A DNA stretch of 64,000 nt, taken from assembly GCA_973895155.1 (NCBI GenBank), contig OZ316896.1, positions 11,856,830-11,920,829 of the forward strand, written 5' to 3'. The position numbers were made by a program, and so were the translations under genes. The stretch is from Marsupella aquatica. Taxonomy: Eukaryota > Plantae > Marchantiophyta. Under the pieces are notes generated by a model. The model was given only the letters and a program-made list of their open reading frames with translations. It was not told where the DNA came from and made no database searches. Shown here one piece after another: positions 38,791 through 51,378 of the stretch; position 1 is the first letter of the stretch; each line of letters begins with the position of its first letter.

Positions 38791-41479
38791 GCTGACCTTA
38801 TTGAAGATTCCAACTTTTTGTTATCCCCACCACACAACGAACTTTACTTTTATCGTATACAAGCGATAAAAGCGAAGTTTGGTTTATTCACCAAACTTTG
38901 TACCCATTCACAGCTTCGTTCCATCCCCTAGTAAGTTACAGCAGAGCTCCACCGCGAGAAGATATACTCCCGTTGTGCTATAAGATATAGCAGATAGGAA
39001 TGGAGAAACCACAGAAACAAGGAATACAATTGTGATCAAGAAATTTAATGTCTGGTCAGCGGTGAACCGCGAAAGGTGACCCATCTGGGAATGAACCTCC
39101 TTGGCTTGGACTTTGTCTGTGTGGAAACCTGACAAATTTGCAATCAAGTACAAAAAGGTCGACTATGGACATGGTGTTTTGGCTTGAAACTTGCAAGTCA
39201 TAAAGTAGTGGCTCATTAATTGCCAGCCTGAGCATGGCGGGTTGTGGGGCCCATCCCAGGGCAACCAAGCACTAGCCAGGAGGTGGCTCCAAAAGAAAAG
39301 AATAAGAGACTATTCCATCTAATCCCATGTCCTTTCCAAGTGTAAAAGAGATGCTCTCCGATCACATGGCGCATATCACGGGGCCAATTGAGTAATGCAA
39401 TCATGGGACATTTCTCATCAGCAATGCCCCTTACAGAATCTTCCTGTGAGGATGATCATGTAGACTCATTCCTATTTCAGCAATTACAAATTTTGTCCAA
39501 GAACTTTGCCGGGGTCTGAATATGAGAGGATCAAGTAATTTCAGGGTGGCTTGATAGACAAGAACTTAGGGGCAGCAATTCCTTTTTTTCTAAGTGAGAG
39601 ATGCAATCCTAGCCATTCATGGGAACTGGCCACACTTCACTTTACATGAACTTGGGGGCACAATCAACCAAAAGCATTACCAAACCTAGGCCCGTGTCAT
39701 TATAGATATCTATTAGACTGTCGTATGTACATAAATCAGGTAAACAATTTGAAGGTGTGAGGATCCCCAAAAACATACTAAAGTAGCATGTCTTGTATGA
39801 AAAGATTCTGGCTTGGATTCTGGTGTTGAGAAAAATGATCAATCATTCCTGTTAAACCATAGGTGCCCCTTCAAGAGCTAGAGGTTACTGGTAAGATCCA
39901 AATTTGCTATTAATAGTAAAATGTTCCCAATTTTGTGGAATGCACTGACACCTTAGAGGAAAGAAGTGAGTGGAATGTGAAAAAAATGGAAACTTATTAC
40001 TTACATACGGGCACTTGTGGTTTAATCAAGAGTTGGGATGGTTTCTATCTGCTACTTAGTGGGCTTCTAGTTTTTTTTGTGAGTGGAGTACTCACTGGCT
40101 TTTGTGGACTCTTTGGTCTTATTGATTCTTTTTCTTGTCCCTTCTTCATTGGGTCTCTTGCCTTTGGGATCCGGTCTCCCCTTTTGGTACTTTTGTTCTT
40201 TGACAATGTGATAGATACCATAAAACAAGAATAAATTAATTTTGGGTAACTTGGTACTCGTGCCCTCTCCCAACTGCTCATGGCCATACAAAGCGGTTGT
40301 CCCACTTTTAAAGCCCTCCCCACATGTCAGTTTTTCTATAGACAACTCTTTAGCTTCTAAAAGACTGTCAAGCACTTTCAAAAAGTGATTGGCTTTCCAT
40401 CTACTTCCCACATAATGATTCTAGGTAGTGAAACTTATGTTCCTTAAAACCATAAACATAGCAAACAATGAAAACAATGAAACCGTGAAATTGAGGTTGT
40501 GGCTGTGCCCTCTAGCTTTTGTATCTCAAGCTCATGAGTAGAAATTGCATCTCCCTCAACTATGGAGATTCATTTACTTATTAGGTGCTTATTAGGTCTA
40601 AACAGCTTATTTCAGTAAGGATGGAGGAGATTGAAACCTAAATATAGTTGTAAAGGTACACTTGCAACAAAAATACAGAACACAAATCTCAATAGACCAA
40701 AATGTATACAGTAAAGCCCTGTTTAGAGGGCATTATGCTGCCAAAATGCCCTGGAAAATACAAGGAGAAAATCCTGCAGGTCATTATAAGAATTTAGTGA
40801 AGTCTCCCCGATGCCCTAACACTGAATACAAATCCCTTCCATAAAGTTTGCCCACCTCTGAAGCTGGTCTAAGATTCTTAACATATAAGCACTCCACATT
40901 AGCATTCCATTGGGCCCGCTCCTTGCCTGGATTTTCATCCACATTTGACCCTCTTCAGTAATTTAAAACTCATTGCAAGGCCCTTTCTTTCTTTGTACTT
41001 TATGTGCATTAATGTACTCTTACGATAGCATTATGATAAATTAGAGCCCCTTAACACTCTAGCTAAAGCACTCATTTTGCAAGTCATTATTACATTCTTA
41101 ATGCTTTGCAATTTCCAAAGCATTTATAGAAAAATGCACAATACAGCTTTAGATCAGCTCATTCTAGGAATTCAACTATACTTTTGTGAAAGTGAGTAAA
41201 AATAAAAACACTCTTTGACCTTAAGTGCATGAAGGTCCTGCATTATCAACACTATAATAAATGATCCATCCAAAAAGGCCAGATCCTCTACTTACAAAAT
41301 AGAATTAAGGTGGGAGCCAATATTGCCTGGCCTGAGTTGCTCTTTCTAGCTTTTGATCATATCTGCATTACCCTTACAGTTTGAACCTTGCACATAATTA
41401 TCATTTGCATCCCGTGGTCATATATTGAACAACACGGCCTCACTTTTTAATTTTACTCATTATGTCTCCATCGAGGTCT

Positions 41480-43087
41480 CCATTGAGATGAGTGACTTCT
41501 ATTCTTTGACTCTCTTTCGTACACTAAACTTGTGCACCCAATAACATGGCCGCAAAACCTCCCCAACCACACCATGGCCATAATGACCACATGGATGCAA
41601 CTGTTGAACTAAGATGTCATTCGCAACGACCATACAACCATGACTCATTCCATGCACACGTAGTCGACACAATCTCTACGTGGTTCACCTCTTCTCCAAG
41701 GCTACATCCACACGAACACTCAAGCTTTACTTCAAGAGTAAACGAACACACATGTTCTCCCTCTTCCTCAAGTTGCTCCGTTACAATCAGTAAGCACCAC
41801 ACACCAGCGGCTTACACTAGCCCTGGTATATACAAGGTCACACACGACTAACCTAACCTCAGCTAAGATCCTAACTGTGGTTAGCCTAAGTGCCGTAACC
41901 TATGAGTCACAAGACTAAGAGCAATTCTTAACAGCAACAACCCCAACAACAACAATCTGGCTGAAATGAAAAAGTGATTGTTGGCCTCCCTAGCCCATCT
42001 TGCCCCTCCCTTGCGCCATCTCTGCCTCCTTATGGACATACTAATAGTACCCTCATCCTTGCAATTCTCCCTTGCTTGTCCTCCTTACAAATGGTCAGCA
42101 GCACCTAGGGATTCCATGGCCCGACCCGACGGATTATGCTTCCTTTCTACTAGGTCTTGTATCAACCACAACATGAGTGACATCCTCAACAACACTTCTT
42201 TTCCACCATGACATTTTGTTTCCTCTATGACTTCCTTGCAGTTGCAACACTTCCATGTCTCAATCAGTTTCTGCCTCACCTAGTTTCTTTGTCCCAACTC
42301 ACATTTTTGTGTCATGCACAGGTATTGTTGCACCAATGACAACATGGACATAATGACATTGTGCAACCCACATGTGGGCATTGAGTTGTCAAACACATGG
42401 TCTCACACTTGTATTTAATTTGAGCATATTACGCATTGTGTCTTCATTGAGATGATTGACTTCTATTCTTTAACTATTTTCCGGACACTAAACTTGCACA
42501 CCCCAATAAACAAAGGGTGCACGGTTGTAACGAGCATAACGACCACATGGATGCAACAACAAGTGGTCGCAGTGATCACATGATCACAGTGACCACATGG
42601 CCCTATGACAACATAGCCGTAAAGACACACTGGGCTATTGAGCATGAATAAAGATTGCATGATTGTTGGTATTCCTCTCTTTGAACTATAATCATATAAT
42701 TGCATTATTTTGTTCATATCTTCCTTTGTAGACCACTTGTGCATAATGAACATTTTTAATCATCTGGGCACGTCTTATGCATAATGCCTTTATAGGGCAT
42801 CTCCAAGCTTCATACTTACGCATGATGGAGTTTGGCCATACCAAAATGGCAATGGCTTTTTCAGAGGGTTAAGTAAAAGGTTTGTTTCCAGCCTCTACAG
42901 TGACTCATGGGACCAATCATTATGGCAAAAACTTATGGATCATGAGTTTGGTAGTCTATAATGTTTTCTATCTGTAACCTTAACTACTAAGTTAAGGTCC
43001 ATCGATCAGAATTTAAGGTTTGAGACCCCATATTCTGAAGATTGACTTATACTCTTCAGCTCATTGCCGCACACTAAACCTACAAAC
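41480..43087. repeat. Dispersed ~70-bp repeat, three diverged copies
   Basis: (CATTGAGAT)GA.TGACTT.TA.TCTT...CACTAAACxT at ~41480-41545, ~42445-42510 and ~43035-43087. The third copy directly abuts the LTR-like element. Confidence 0.6.
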
Positions 43088-44591
43088 AGTGGTGGACCTC
43101 ACTACCCAGCGCCCTCACCAATCCCAGCACTTGCGCCTAAGTGCCCTTGGTGCCCGAACGCCTCCACGGAATACTTCGAGCAAGCGTCCACGTGCCTCTA
43201 GCACCACCTGCGACCACTCCTATACGAAGCCGCACTTGCTCACTTACACGACCGCTACTCAACGGTCCTCACTGTCTGCACAAACAACCAAGCACCTCGG
43301 TAAGTAACCCCTTCGGATCTAGAACTCGCCCAATCTAGCATCCTAACTCAAGCTCAACAGACGTTGGTAAATAGGTCAGTGATAGGTCCTCCCGATGCCA
43401 TAAGTCGGAACCAGAACCCACACCCATTGCCCGTCCAGGACAGCTCCTTCCTTGGGCGCGGCCCGGGTTCCCCCTCGTACCTATCCATCACCAACTGACC
43501 GCCCTGACCTCAGGACATGCTCATGGTCCAAATAGCGTAGCTTGTCCTAAAGCTTGTCCCAACACGCCGGGACCAGAACGGCCCCGACCCTAGCAACCGC
43601 TCCCGGTTTGCCCCATTGATGGTCTAGGGACCGAGCACCCTTGGGACTCAGCCTCTTTACCTACTTGGCCTTGCCTCCCCAACGCAAGCTCCCTTGGGAG
43701 GCTGAACGCGGCTTGGCTGCTGTTCGGTAAGATTTGGCAAGCAGGCGAGCTAACACCCGCAAACCACGAGAATCCACGGCACCCCCGGACCCATCTGAGC
43801 TTCCCGGACCCTTGAGCGTAGCCCTCCTCAAGAGCTTTCCAGCGAACCCAGGAAGTCCTTCAACGGACTTCCCGTTGGAAAGATATTGTCATTTCCGTTT
43901 GGTGGTTTTTTTTAGTGTCGCGACCGCTGCGGCTCACGACTTCGGCTCGCCCTTAGCCCCTAGGGAGACACCACTCCCCTCATATATGCTTCTAAAGACC
44001 TGCCACCCCCGGACCAGCTTTGGTCCCTAAACATTTGGCCCCCAACCCGGATCCCATCGCGCATAATGGGCGCGCCACCAACAGGCAAAGCCCATAACTT
44101 TCTTGATAGGCATCCGCAAGCGGAGTGCCTTAGCCCGTTGTGACCGGGCCGACCCAGTGCTCATGCCTAGGCCCTCAGGTCTGATCGCCGCTCGGGGCCC
44201 CTGACCGGCCCAACCCGGATCGGGCCACAACTTGCGCCCCAAGCGTCCGTTGCCAATGGCGTCAACTCCATTGGCCTTGGGCCCAAGAGAAGCTCACTCC
44301 CAAGCCCTCAGAACTCAAAGTCCATCGGACGGTCCGGACGGCCATCCTTGGGCCAGGCCCATTTCCCCTTGACCCGACCAGCCATAGGCTAGTCCAAGTC
44401 CTTAGTTTGTGTCCCCAGCTTGGCCCCTTGCCTCGCCAGTGCCACGTCTCATTGCCCACAAGTCTCCCCATGCAAAGTCCTCCCCGGATGGCCTATCCGG
44501 GCCTGGACCATAAGGGAGCTCGGCGTCGGAGTCAGCGACGCCGGAGCTAAGTGTTAAGGTAGTCGAGTTCTGCGACTCAAACCCACTTACA
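43088..44591. mobile_element. Solo-LTR-like element, copy 2 (~1.5 kb, GC-rich)
   Basis: Homologous start to 33935. Sharp GC-rich block ending ..CCCACTTACA. No pol coding sequence inside. Confidence 0.65.
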
Positions 44592-44811
44592 CAATGGCAA
44601 TGATAGTCTGGTTGCACAAACATAAGATGTCTCAACATCCTTGTCTCATCTACATTTATTTGCATTGCCTCAACATTTTCTTTGCAACATCCAGGCATCA
44701 ATAATATTCCGCTCTAGTTTCCTCTTTTTTTCGGTGCATTAAAATATTCCAAACAAATGCCCATGATCCAAAACAAACACACACAAAACAAACAAGGTCA
44801 AAAAAAATATG

Positions 44812-45240
44812 CTCCCCTTTTGCATCCAGCTTGGTCAGGCCAGGTCACTGTTGCTTCGGGTGTTGCTTGAATGAGGCTGTTTAGGCCGCGTTATTGCTTA
44901 ATTTTGTGGAAGTAGTGTGTCCTTGACAGTCTGGATCGTGTTCAGCAGATAATATCGGACAGCATGCACCATCACACCCTTGCTAGCATGCTGTCCAATG
45001 TGCCTTCAAGCATACACCATCACACCCTTGCTAGCATGCTGTCCAATGTGTCTTCAAGCATGCACCATCACACCCTTGCTAGCATGTTGTCCAATGTGTC
45101 TTCAAGCATGCACCATCACACCCTTGCTAGCATGCTCTCCAATGTACCTTCAGATTCCCTTGGGATGTCTTCTTTCTTGTTGTGGGGGCGTTGTTTTAGG
45201 TGCTTGGCTTTCTGCCAATCCTTTATGGGCACCTTTTATG
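44812..45240 (+). mobile_element. Fragment of a CRE-like non-LTR retrotransposon
   Basis: Shares GGTCACTGTTGCT..GAGGCTGTTTAGG..TGCTT.ATTTTGTGGAAGTAGT with 48395-48467. Downstream it encodes CLLSCCGGVVLGAWLSANP, resembling the 'RL.S....(A)GAWL.A.P' post-RT motif of CRE-type elements. Confidence 0.55.
44961..45152. repeat. 48-bp tandem repeat, 4 copies
   Basis: AGCATGCACCATCACACCCTTGCTAGCATGCTGTCCAATGTGTCTTCA x4. Confidence 0.95.
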
Positions 45241-45548
45241 GGCACCTTACTGGTTTTTTTTTGCCTCGAAAGAACCAAATGAATTCCATTTAAATAGCCA
45301 ACATACAAAATGGGGGGCCTAAAAAGGGACACCAGCCCACAGGACCAAAGGTAGACTTGACTAAAAACTGGGGAGGCCCATACCAGGTAAGGAGCTGAAC
45401 CCCGGAAAGGGCAACTAAACAAGCAATTTAGAGACTACAGGGAAAGTAGCACACTCCTATAAGACCTTACTCTTTTGAGGAGATCAACGTCCTTTATGGG
45501 CACCTTTCTGTTTTGTAGAGCTAAAAGTCTCCTTGCGTGTAATTATTT

Positions 45549-45763
45549 GTTGTCTCGATTCACTCGTGACGATTTGGAGTGGACTTGTGCTGTATATGCG
45601 TTTATATCTGGATTCACTCGTGCCGATTTGAAGTGGACTTGTGCTGCAAATGCATTGCTGTCTGGATTCACTTGTGCCGATTTGGAGTGGACTTGTGCAG
45701 TTGTGCTGCAATCGCGTTGCTGTCTGGATTCACTCGTGCCGATGTGGAGTGGACTTGTGCTGT
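45549..45763. repeat. ~51-64-bp tandem repeat, 4 copies
   Basis: TGTCTGGATTCACTCGTGCCGATTTGGAGTGGACTTGTGCTG x4 with short variable linkers. Confidence 0.92.
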
Positions 45764-46399
45764 TCTTTTTCCAAAGGAGTCGCTCAAAAGTGAAAAACGC
45801 TGCGCTCTTCCCAATCTTGTAAACGAGGAACCGGACAGGACAGCTGAGCTCAACTGAGATCCTCTCGCCCTCACACCTTCCCTGGATTTTGTAGACTGTG
45901 TGGAGGATGGAGATGTTGCATTAATTTTCACAGCTCCGTGAAATCATACTGTCTAGACAACGAACCGATCAGCGATCAATTAGTCCAGATCAATGATTCG
46001 CCAGAAGGATCCAGCCATAGGCACTTTCCGTGAAACTATTGGTCACAACTTTCTCCATGCAAGTGTGGAAGAAGCTTGATAGATGACTTTGATCGCTGCC
46101 TGAAAACTTGGTTTGCAGATTCGAAGCCCTGTACCAACGAAAAATTTGAGGAGATAAATATAACAGCAAAATGAGAAATGCACTGGACAGATGAAACTTT
46201 TATTTTAGTCCGATGCTCAAAGAATTGCTAGGCCTTTCCTTACTAGCAGACCTAATGCTCTAAACTGGATCGAAAATTTCATTCAATGTTCAAAACATTG
46301 TACAGCCTTCCACTACCATAAAGCTGGGACACCACCCCATGCAACACCGCGGCATGCAATCAATCTTTTTTCTCTCCAACTCAGCATCTTCAGGTAATC

Positions 46400-47584
46400 A
46401 CCCTATCCTTGTATGCTACGATATTAGACCAAAAGAATATTGCCTTGAAAGATCATTTCCAATTCCATCCAAAAGACAGCATACAACAGGGTGGCCCTGA
46501 TTCAAAAATTAATGAAAAAGTACCACAAACAGACACATTGATATTTGTGGAGTCTCGACGTGTCACGGCCCGTGTCCACACAAACAGAAATAAGTTGTTC
46601 TCTTGGTATTTGTGCTAGTTTTAATATGTCGCGGCTAGTATTCACCCAATGCTAAAAGATATTTGCAAAATCTACTTACGAAAGCTGTGACTTGCGTTGT
46701 CTAGTGTTTACTGTATGAGAAGACCTCTTTAATGACGACCCTGTTCACGCAGTTTTCGGGCCTTGATTTAGGAGAATTCCCCCCTGGAAAGCACATTGGT
46801 TTTAGAGACATTCACTGTACACACTTCTTTTGTACTCTGTTGTTGCTTTTCACGCTTTTATGTAAAAGCCAGTTGTTCACTGTTTTGTGATTTGGGTTTC
46901 TTGACCAGCGGTTCATGAAACGCTGTTTATACTCAACTTTGTTGTTAGCTGTTTTGGTGACTTCATTTTGCTGACCAGAGTTCATGGAACAGCGCTTCGA
47001 GTAATGCTCAGGAGGAATTTGTTGCTCCATACTATACAGTTTTTTATGGATAACACAACTCCGCCCTATGTATTGGCCAGGAATATCCACGATCACCGTG
47101 TCCGTGACTGTAGCTATGAACGAAAAATACTCTTCTGCATGAACTGTCGTTGCTAGACCACTTCGTGAAATGGAATGAAAAGCCCACAAATCATGGTCTA
47201 TCGACAGGGTGGACTCTGGAACGACTTGCAAACAATGCGCTACAGTATTCACGATCATAAAGTGACCCGAAGCTCATGATCTTTACACTCTGATATGAGA
47301 GATTCCTGTTCAAGATTAATACGGTCCGCTGTAGAGTATGTCAGCAAATCGTCAGCTCTAGACATCGTGGGCTCGTTGACTAAACAAACTGGTAAAAGAT
47401 GGTAATCTAAATATGATAATTGCTCGACCACATGCTTCAAAATCCTGAGGAGATTTGCCCTGAAACAAAAACTCGTGTGAGGAGTGAGATCCAGGAACGA
47501 CCGGAGCATTTCTCCACTATCCACTATCTGCTTGGCACATTCATAACAGAAATCCATGATTGTAAAGTCTGACCAAAACTTCAT
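46400..47584 (-). pseudogene. Unrecognised protein-coding-like region, apparently frameshifted
   Basis: ORFs 47255-47584 (109 aa) and 46812-47258 (148 aa) overlap at ATGA and have globular-protein-like composition. Further open stretches and a TTC|GTAAGT donor near 46679 follow. No family recognised. Confidence 0.35.
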
Positions 47585-47789
47585 GGTATGGCTTCTAAAC
47601 CAGAATTCAAAGCTTTCTTGAATAGTGGATTCCTTTTGTTCCTTGCATTACTTTTGTCTGCGCTTCTATGGGCCCTGTCTTGTTGTCCTACCCTGGTAAT
47701 CTTACATTCCTTTTGTTTGCCCTTCTATGGGACCCCTGTCTAGCTTGTTGTTCTACCCTGATAATGTGAACTCTGGGTCTTACAGCATT

Positions 47790-48750
47790 GTTCTGTCCGA
47801 GACTCATACTTGACAGGGTTATCCTCTTGGGGGTGGGGACTTGGGCTTTGTTTGCCATGACACACTTTTGTGCTCTCTGGGCCTCCTTGATTGCTTTTCC
47901 CAAATGCATGTTTCCATCCTTGGCCGATGATACTAATATTCTGGTGAACCAGCTTGCCCTCCTTGGCAGTTTACTTCAGGCCAGGAAGTGTGGGGTCTGG
48001 TCTGTGAGCCCTCTTCCTCACTGGTTCCCTCTTCCTCACACTCTCCTTCCCCTCAGTATCCCCATCCAAACTGGGGGCATTCTGGTCTTGGGGTTCCTTT
48101 TAGAGGGGGCCTTTGTGCTGCAAATTTTGCAGGCAACATTATTCTAGGATGTTCTTTGCATCAAGCAGTTGGTGGCTCTTGGGGACATCTAGATTGTCTT
48201 CGTGTTCCTGGTCTAGTGTTTCGTCCAATGCCCATCATACCTTCTTCGGACTGAGCCTCTCATTGCCATGTTTTTGTCTGTGCTCTCTTCATTTGACACC
48301 ACTCTGATGAAGGTTTTTGTCACCTTATCAGCCCTTGAGCCCTTGCTGGAGAAGATGGTTCTTTTGCTGCCCAAAAGGTCACTCTGTCTCTGGTGGTCAC
48401 TGTTGCTCGAGGCTGTTTAGGCTGTGGTTCTTGCTCGAGGGTTCCTGCTTCATTTTGTGGAAGTAGTATTAAGTATGAGCGGAGGCCATATCTTCCACTT
48501 CGCACTTAAGAGGGCTCAAGCTTTCACTATTCTTTGTAGGGCCAAGGTTGTAGGATTTAGGGCCTCTGGATAGATTCCTGTGCATGACCCTCCCATGCCA
48601 TTTACATTGGAGCTCTACGAAGCTTTCCAGTTTTTTGTCAAGTAGGGAGTTTTGTCTTCTCTTTTCCTTTAGTGGGCTTTTTGTTCTTTCATGGTGGCAT
48701 GGACTCTTGGGTTTGTGCCTCTTTGGTCTCCTTGGGGTCGTTCTTTGGCA
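47790..48750 (+). mobile_element. Decayed non-LTR retrotransposon (CRE-clade-like RT fragment plus 3' region)
   Basis: QGYPLGG (QGDPLG motif), ALFAMTHF, FPSLADDTNI (RT catalytic xADD), KCGVWS, GILVLG and C....PSYLLRTEP, followed by a VTL..GCLG..PASFCGS segment, in CRE-like order. Many stops and deletions. Confidence 0.7.
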
Positions 48751-48751
48751 G

Positions 48752-48755
48752 GATA

Positions 48756-48801
<46 letters not shown>
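48752..48801. repeat. (TA)n microsatellite
   Basis: About 21 uninterrupted TA units preceded by ATATATTT. Confidence 0.97.
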
Positions 48802-48802
<1 letters not shown>

Positions 48803-51166
48803 CGGCTAGTTTCTTTTCATTTCCAGTGAAATGCATAATGTCTAAAACCTCTATAGAAAGAAACCATGGTCATCATGGTTACCACACTGGTTCATCACAT
48901 TTTACTGTATTATTGAGTAGCTTTCCAAAGCTACTGGTTCACTCCCTTCTCTGCTTGATAAGTGGACTCTCCATAAAAGGTAATCATGTCTACCCACATC
49001 TGAAAAAGTGCCTTCAAAACTGTTAGAGGATCAAGGACTACTATTTTTTTAGTGTTTGGTTTTGGTGTGTCAATCCAACTAATAAAGCAGGATCGAAAGC
49101 TACTTCCTGGGCAGACTGTCTAGAGTGAAGCCTCTAGACAGCAATTCTAAGGGATGGCATAACTTAAAGTGAGATATGGACCCTAAATTTGGTACTGAAT
49201 TAGTTCGTGGACCCCTTGGCTAATAAAATCAGGGGGAAGAGTCGATCTGAGCCGTCTCCATTTCTTATCTCCGGAAATCTCGTCCGTCCATCATAATGGC
49301 CAATCTATGGCTCAAAAGAAAGATCTCAAATAGATCTATGGATGGGTTCTGTCCGTTTTGCAAATGGGTTAATATTTTTCAAATGAAAAAGTAAACAAAT
49401 CCAAGCCTTCCTAGCCGTCAATTTTTGTTGATTTTATGATCTTTGCCGTCCATTTTGTAATGCCTCTAGAAATATTATTCATCCATGTTAGAAGGCGATC
49501 TAGGGTGCAAAAGAAAGATCTCAATGAGATCTACAACTGAGTATTTTTTGTTTTGAGAATGAGTAAATAGTTTTGAGTATAAAATTTGATGAACTTTCAA
49601 GATTCCAGCCATTCCTCCTCCCCAATCCTGGGTTTCTATGTGCTCTTCCCAACATTAATGGCCATACAATACGAGAGGTCCTTACATACCGGGAGTTGCG
49701 GTTTAACAAGGAAGTTATCAAGTTAGTTATTAGTCATTATTTATTATATGAAAAATACTTTTTATAAATCTTTGAATTTAAGTTTTAAAATTGGAAATGT
49801 AACTAAAACGGTTATATAGTGACAGTTTTAACCGTCTTGCTCTTTGTATTTCCAATGTTTTTACTTTTCTTTTTATGGCACGGCGTCCCAAAATTTACAC
49901 CCAAATTGACACTAACATGAATGAAAACTATAAGTTTGATTCACAAAACCAACTAGTCTTGTTTGTTGCGGTTGTTGTTGACATGGCACGCTGTGGTGCC
50001 AAGAATTTTGGAAGGGACCTCTAGTGGGGTCCGTAACCAAAGTTACCGGCATGTAATGATTTCTGGAGGCCTCTACTATATCCATAATCTCATGCCCAGA
50101 AAGTCCCATTTGTTAAGTTTTTCCCGGACTCTACTTACATACCATAAGGATGGCCTGGGCTGGGGTTCTAGAGAGAACCCTGCTCCCAGATTGCTCATAA
50201 AAGCTTCCCGGGTGAGCTGCTTTTCTTGTTTCTGGTCACAGGAATACAGCCTATACTACCCAGTGCGTGTTCCCTGAGAGGGTAATCGTTCCAAAATGGA
50301 TTGGTTGAAATAAAATTGTTCTCGAGAAAGATATCGAACGGAGAGCATTCACGAAACAATTACAGGGCATTAGATTGTCGAATGAGACAAACTTCAAGAA
50401 TAGACTCAAGTAAATGGTTCAGCCATTCATTTATATTCAAAGCGTGGCACATTTGTGTAGTATGTATGGCTTGTAGCAATAAGAGGGCCGCCAAATTCGA
50501 AGATCCTTCTCTGCAATCGGCCTGAGGCCTCGACCTGAGCTCCAAAGATAAACTCTCCAGAAAGACAGTGCTACGCTACTTTGAGATGAATTTTGTTGCA
50601 CCGAAAGTGAGGACTGAGGAGGACATATTTTGGTCGGCTCTCTGAACATACGGGAAGAGATCAAATGGCGGGAACGCATACTCTGTCCCCTTTTGCAAAA
50701 GAGAATCGAACTGCTCCTCGACTACCCATTCCGATTTAAACGTGAATACGTCGTCAAGCCCTTAGGGAAGTCATAAGAAGGACTGGCAATGAAAATTCTA
50801 GAAACCCTCACTCCACCGAATTCGGTCTGCTAGTGTACTCTGTTGACTTGTGATTGCAAACTTTGCTCTGTCCTGATCTTATGGCCGAATTTGGTCGCCA
50901 TAGATGTAGACAGACGAACAGCTTTGGACTTTGTTTGGCCCATGGCTCGATTGGGTCGCCTTGAACTTACTTCTGAATTATTCATTCAGTTCTCTGTGCC
51001 TCTTCTAGGACTTCACTCGTAAGTATCCCTCGTTATGTCAGAGTAGAGGCTGTATTCGGGATCGTTGATGGCCATTTACTTTGTCTATCGATAGTTCGCA
51101 TCTTAACCAAGTACATATCTTCCATGGAATTCAAAGCATTTCGATTTATCTCGAAGAGTTGATTCA

Positions 51167-51378
51167 TTCATGCTACTGACTATTGAGACAACCTCAGCAC
51201 AAATGCTCTTGACTGTTAGACGAAATATGAAACAGACTTCTTGAGCAATGCGATGAAACGACTTTCTCGACAAGTTGCTTCTTTCATGCTACTAACTGTT
51301 GTCACAACCTCAGCTCAAATGCTCTTAACTGTTTAACGAAATATGGAACAGACTTCTTGACTAATGGGATGAAATGAG
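51167..51378. repeat. Tandem duplication, 116-bp period
   Basis: TTCATGCTACT.ACT.TTG..ACAACCTCAGC.CAAATGCTCTT.ACTGTT..ACGAAATATG.AACAGACTTCTTGA x2. Confidence 0.88.

Noticed and set aside
38900-40420. Possible LINE-derived coding fragments on the minus strand
   Set aside because: No diagnostic RT or endonuclease motif could be read with confidence.
44964-45293. His-rich repeat protein (MHHHTLASMLSNVSSS)n
   Set aside because: Frame kept open only by a 48-bp tandem repeat inside a retroelement fragment.
45549-45763. CRISPR-like array with variable linkers
   Set aside because: Linkers are short (~10-20 nt) and partly related. It is a minisatellite.
49150-49915. MITE-like AT-rich element with repeated CCGTC motifs
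   Set aside because: No convincing TIR pair or TSD could be defined.
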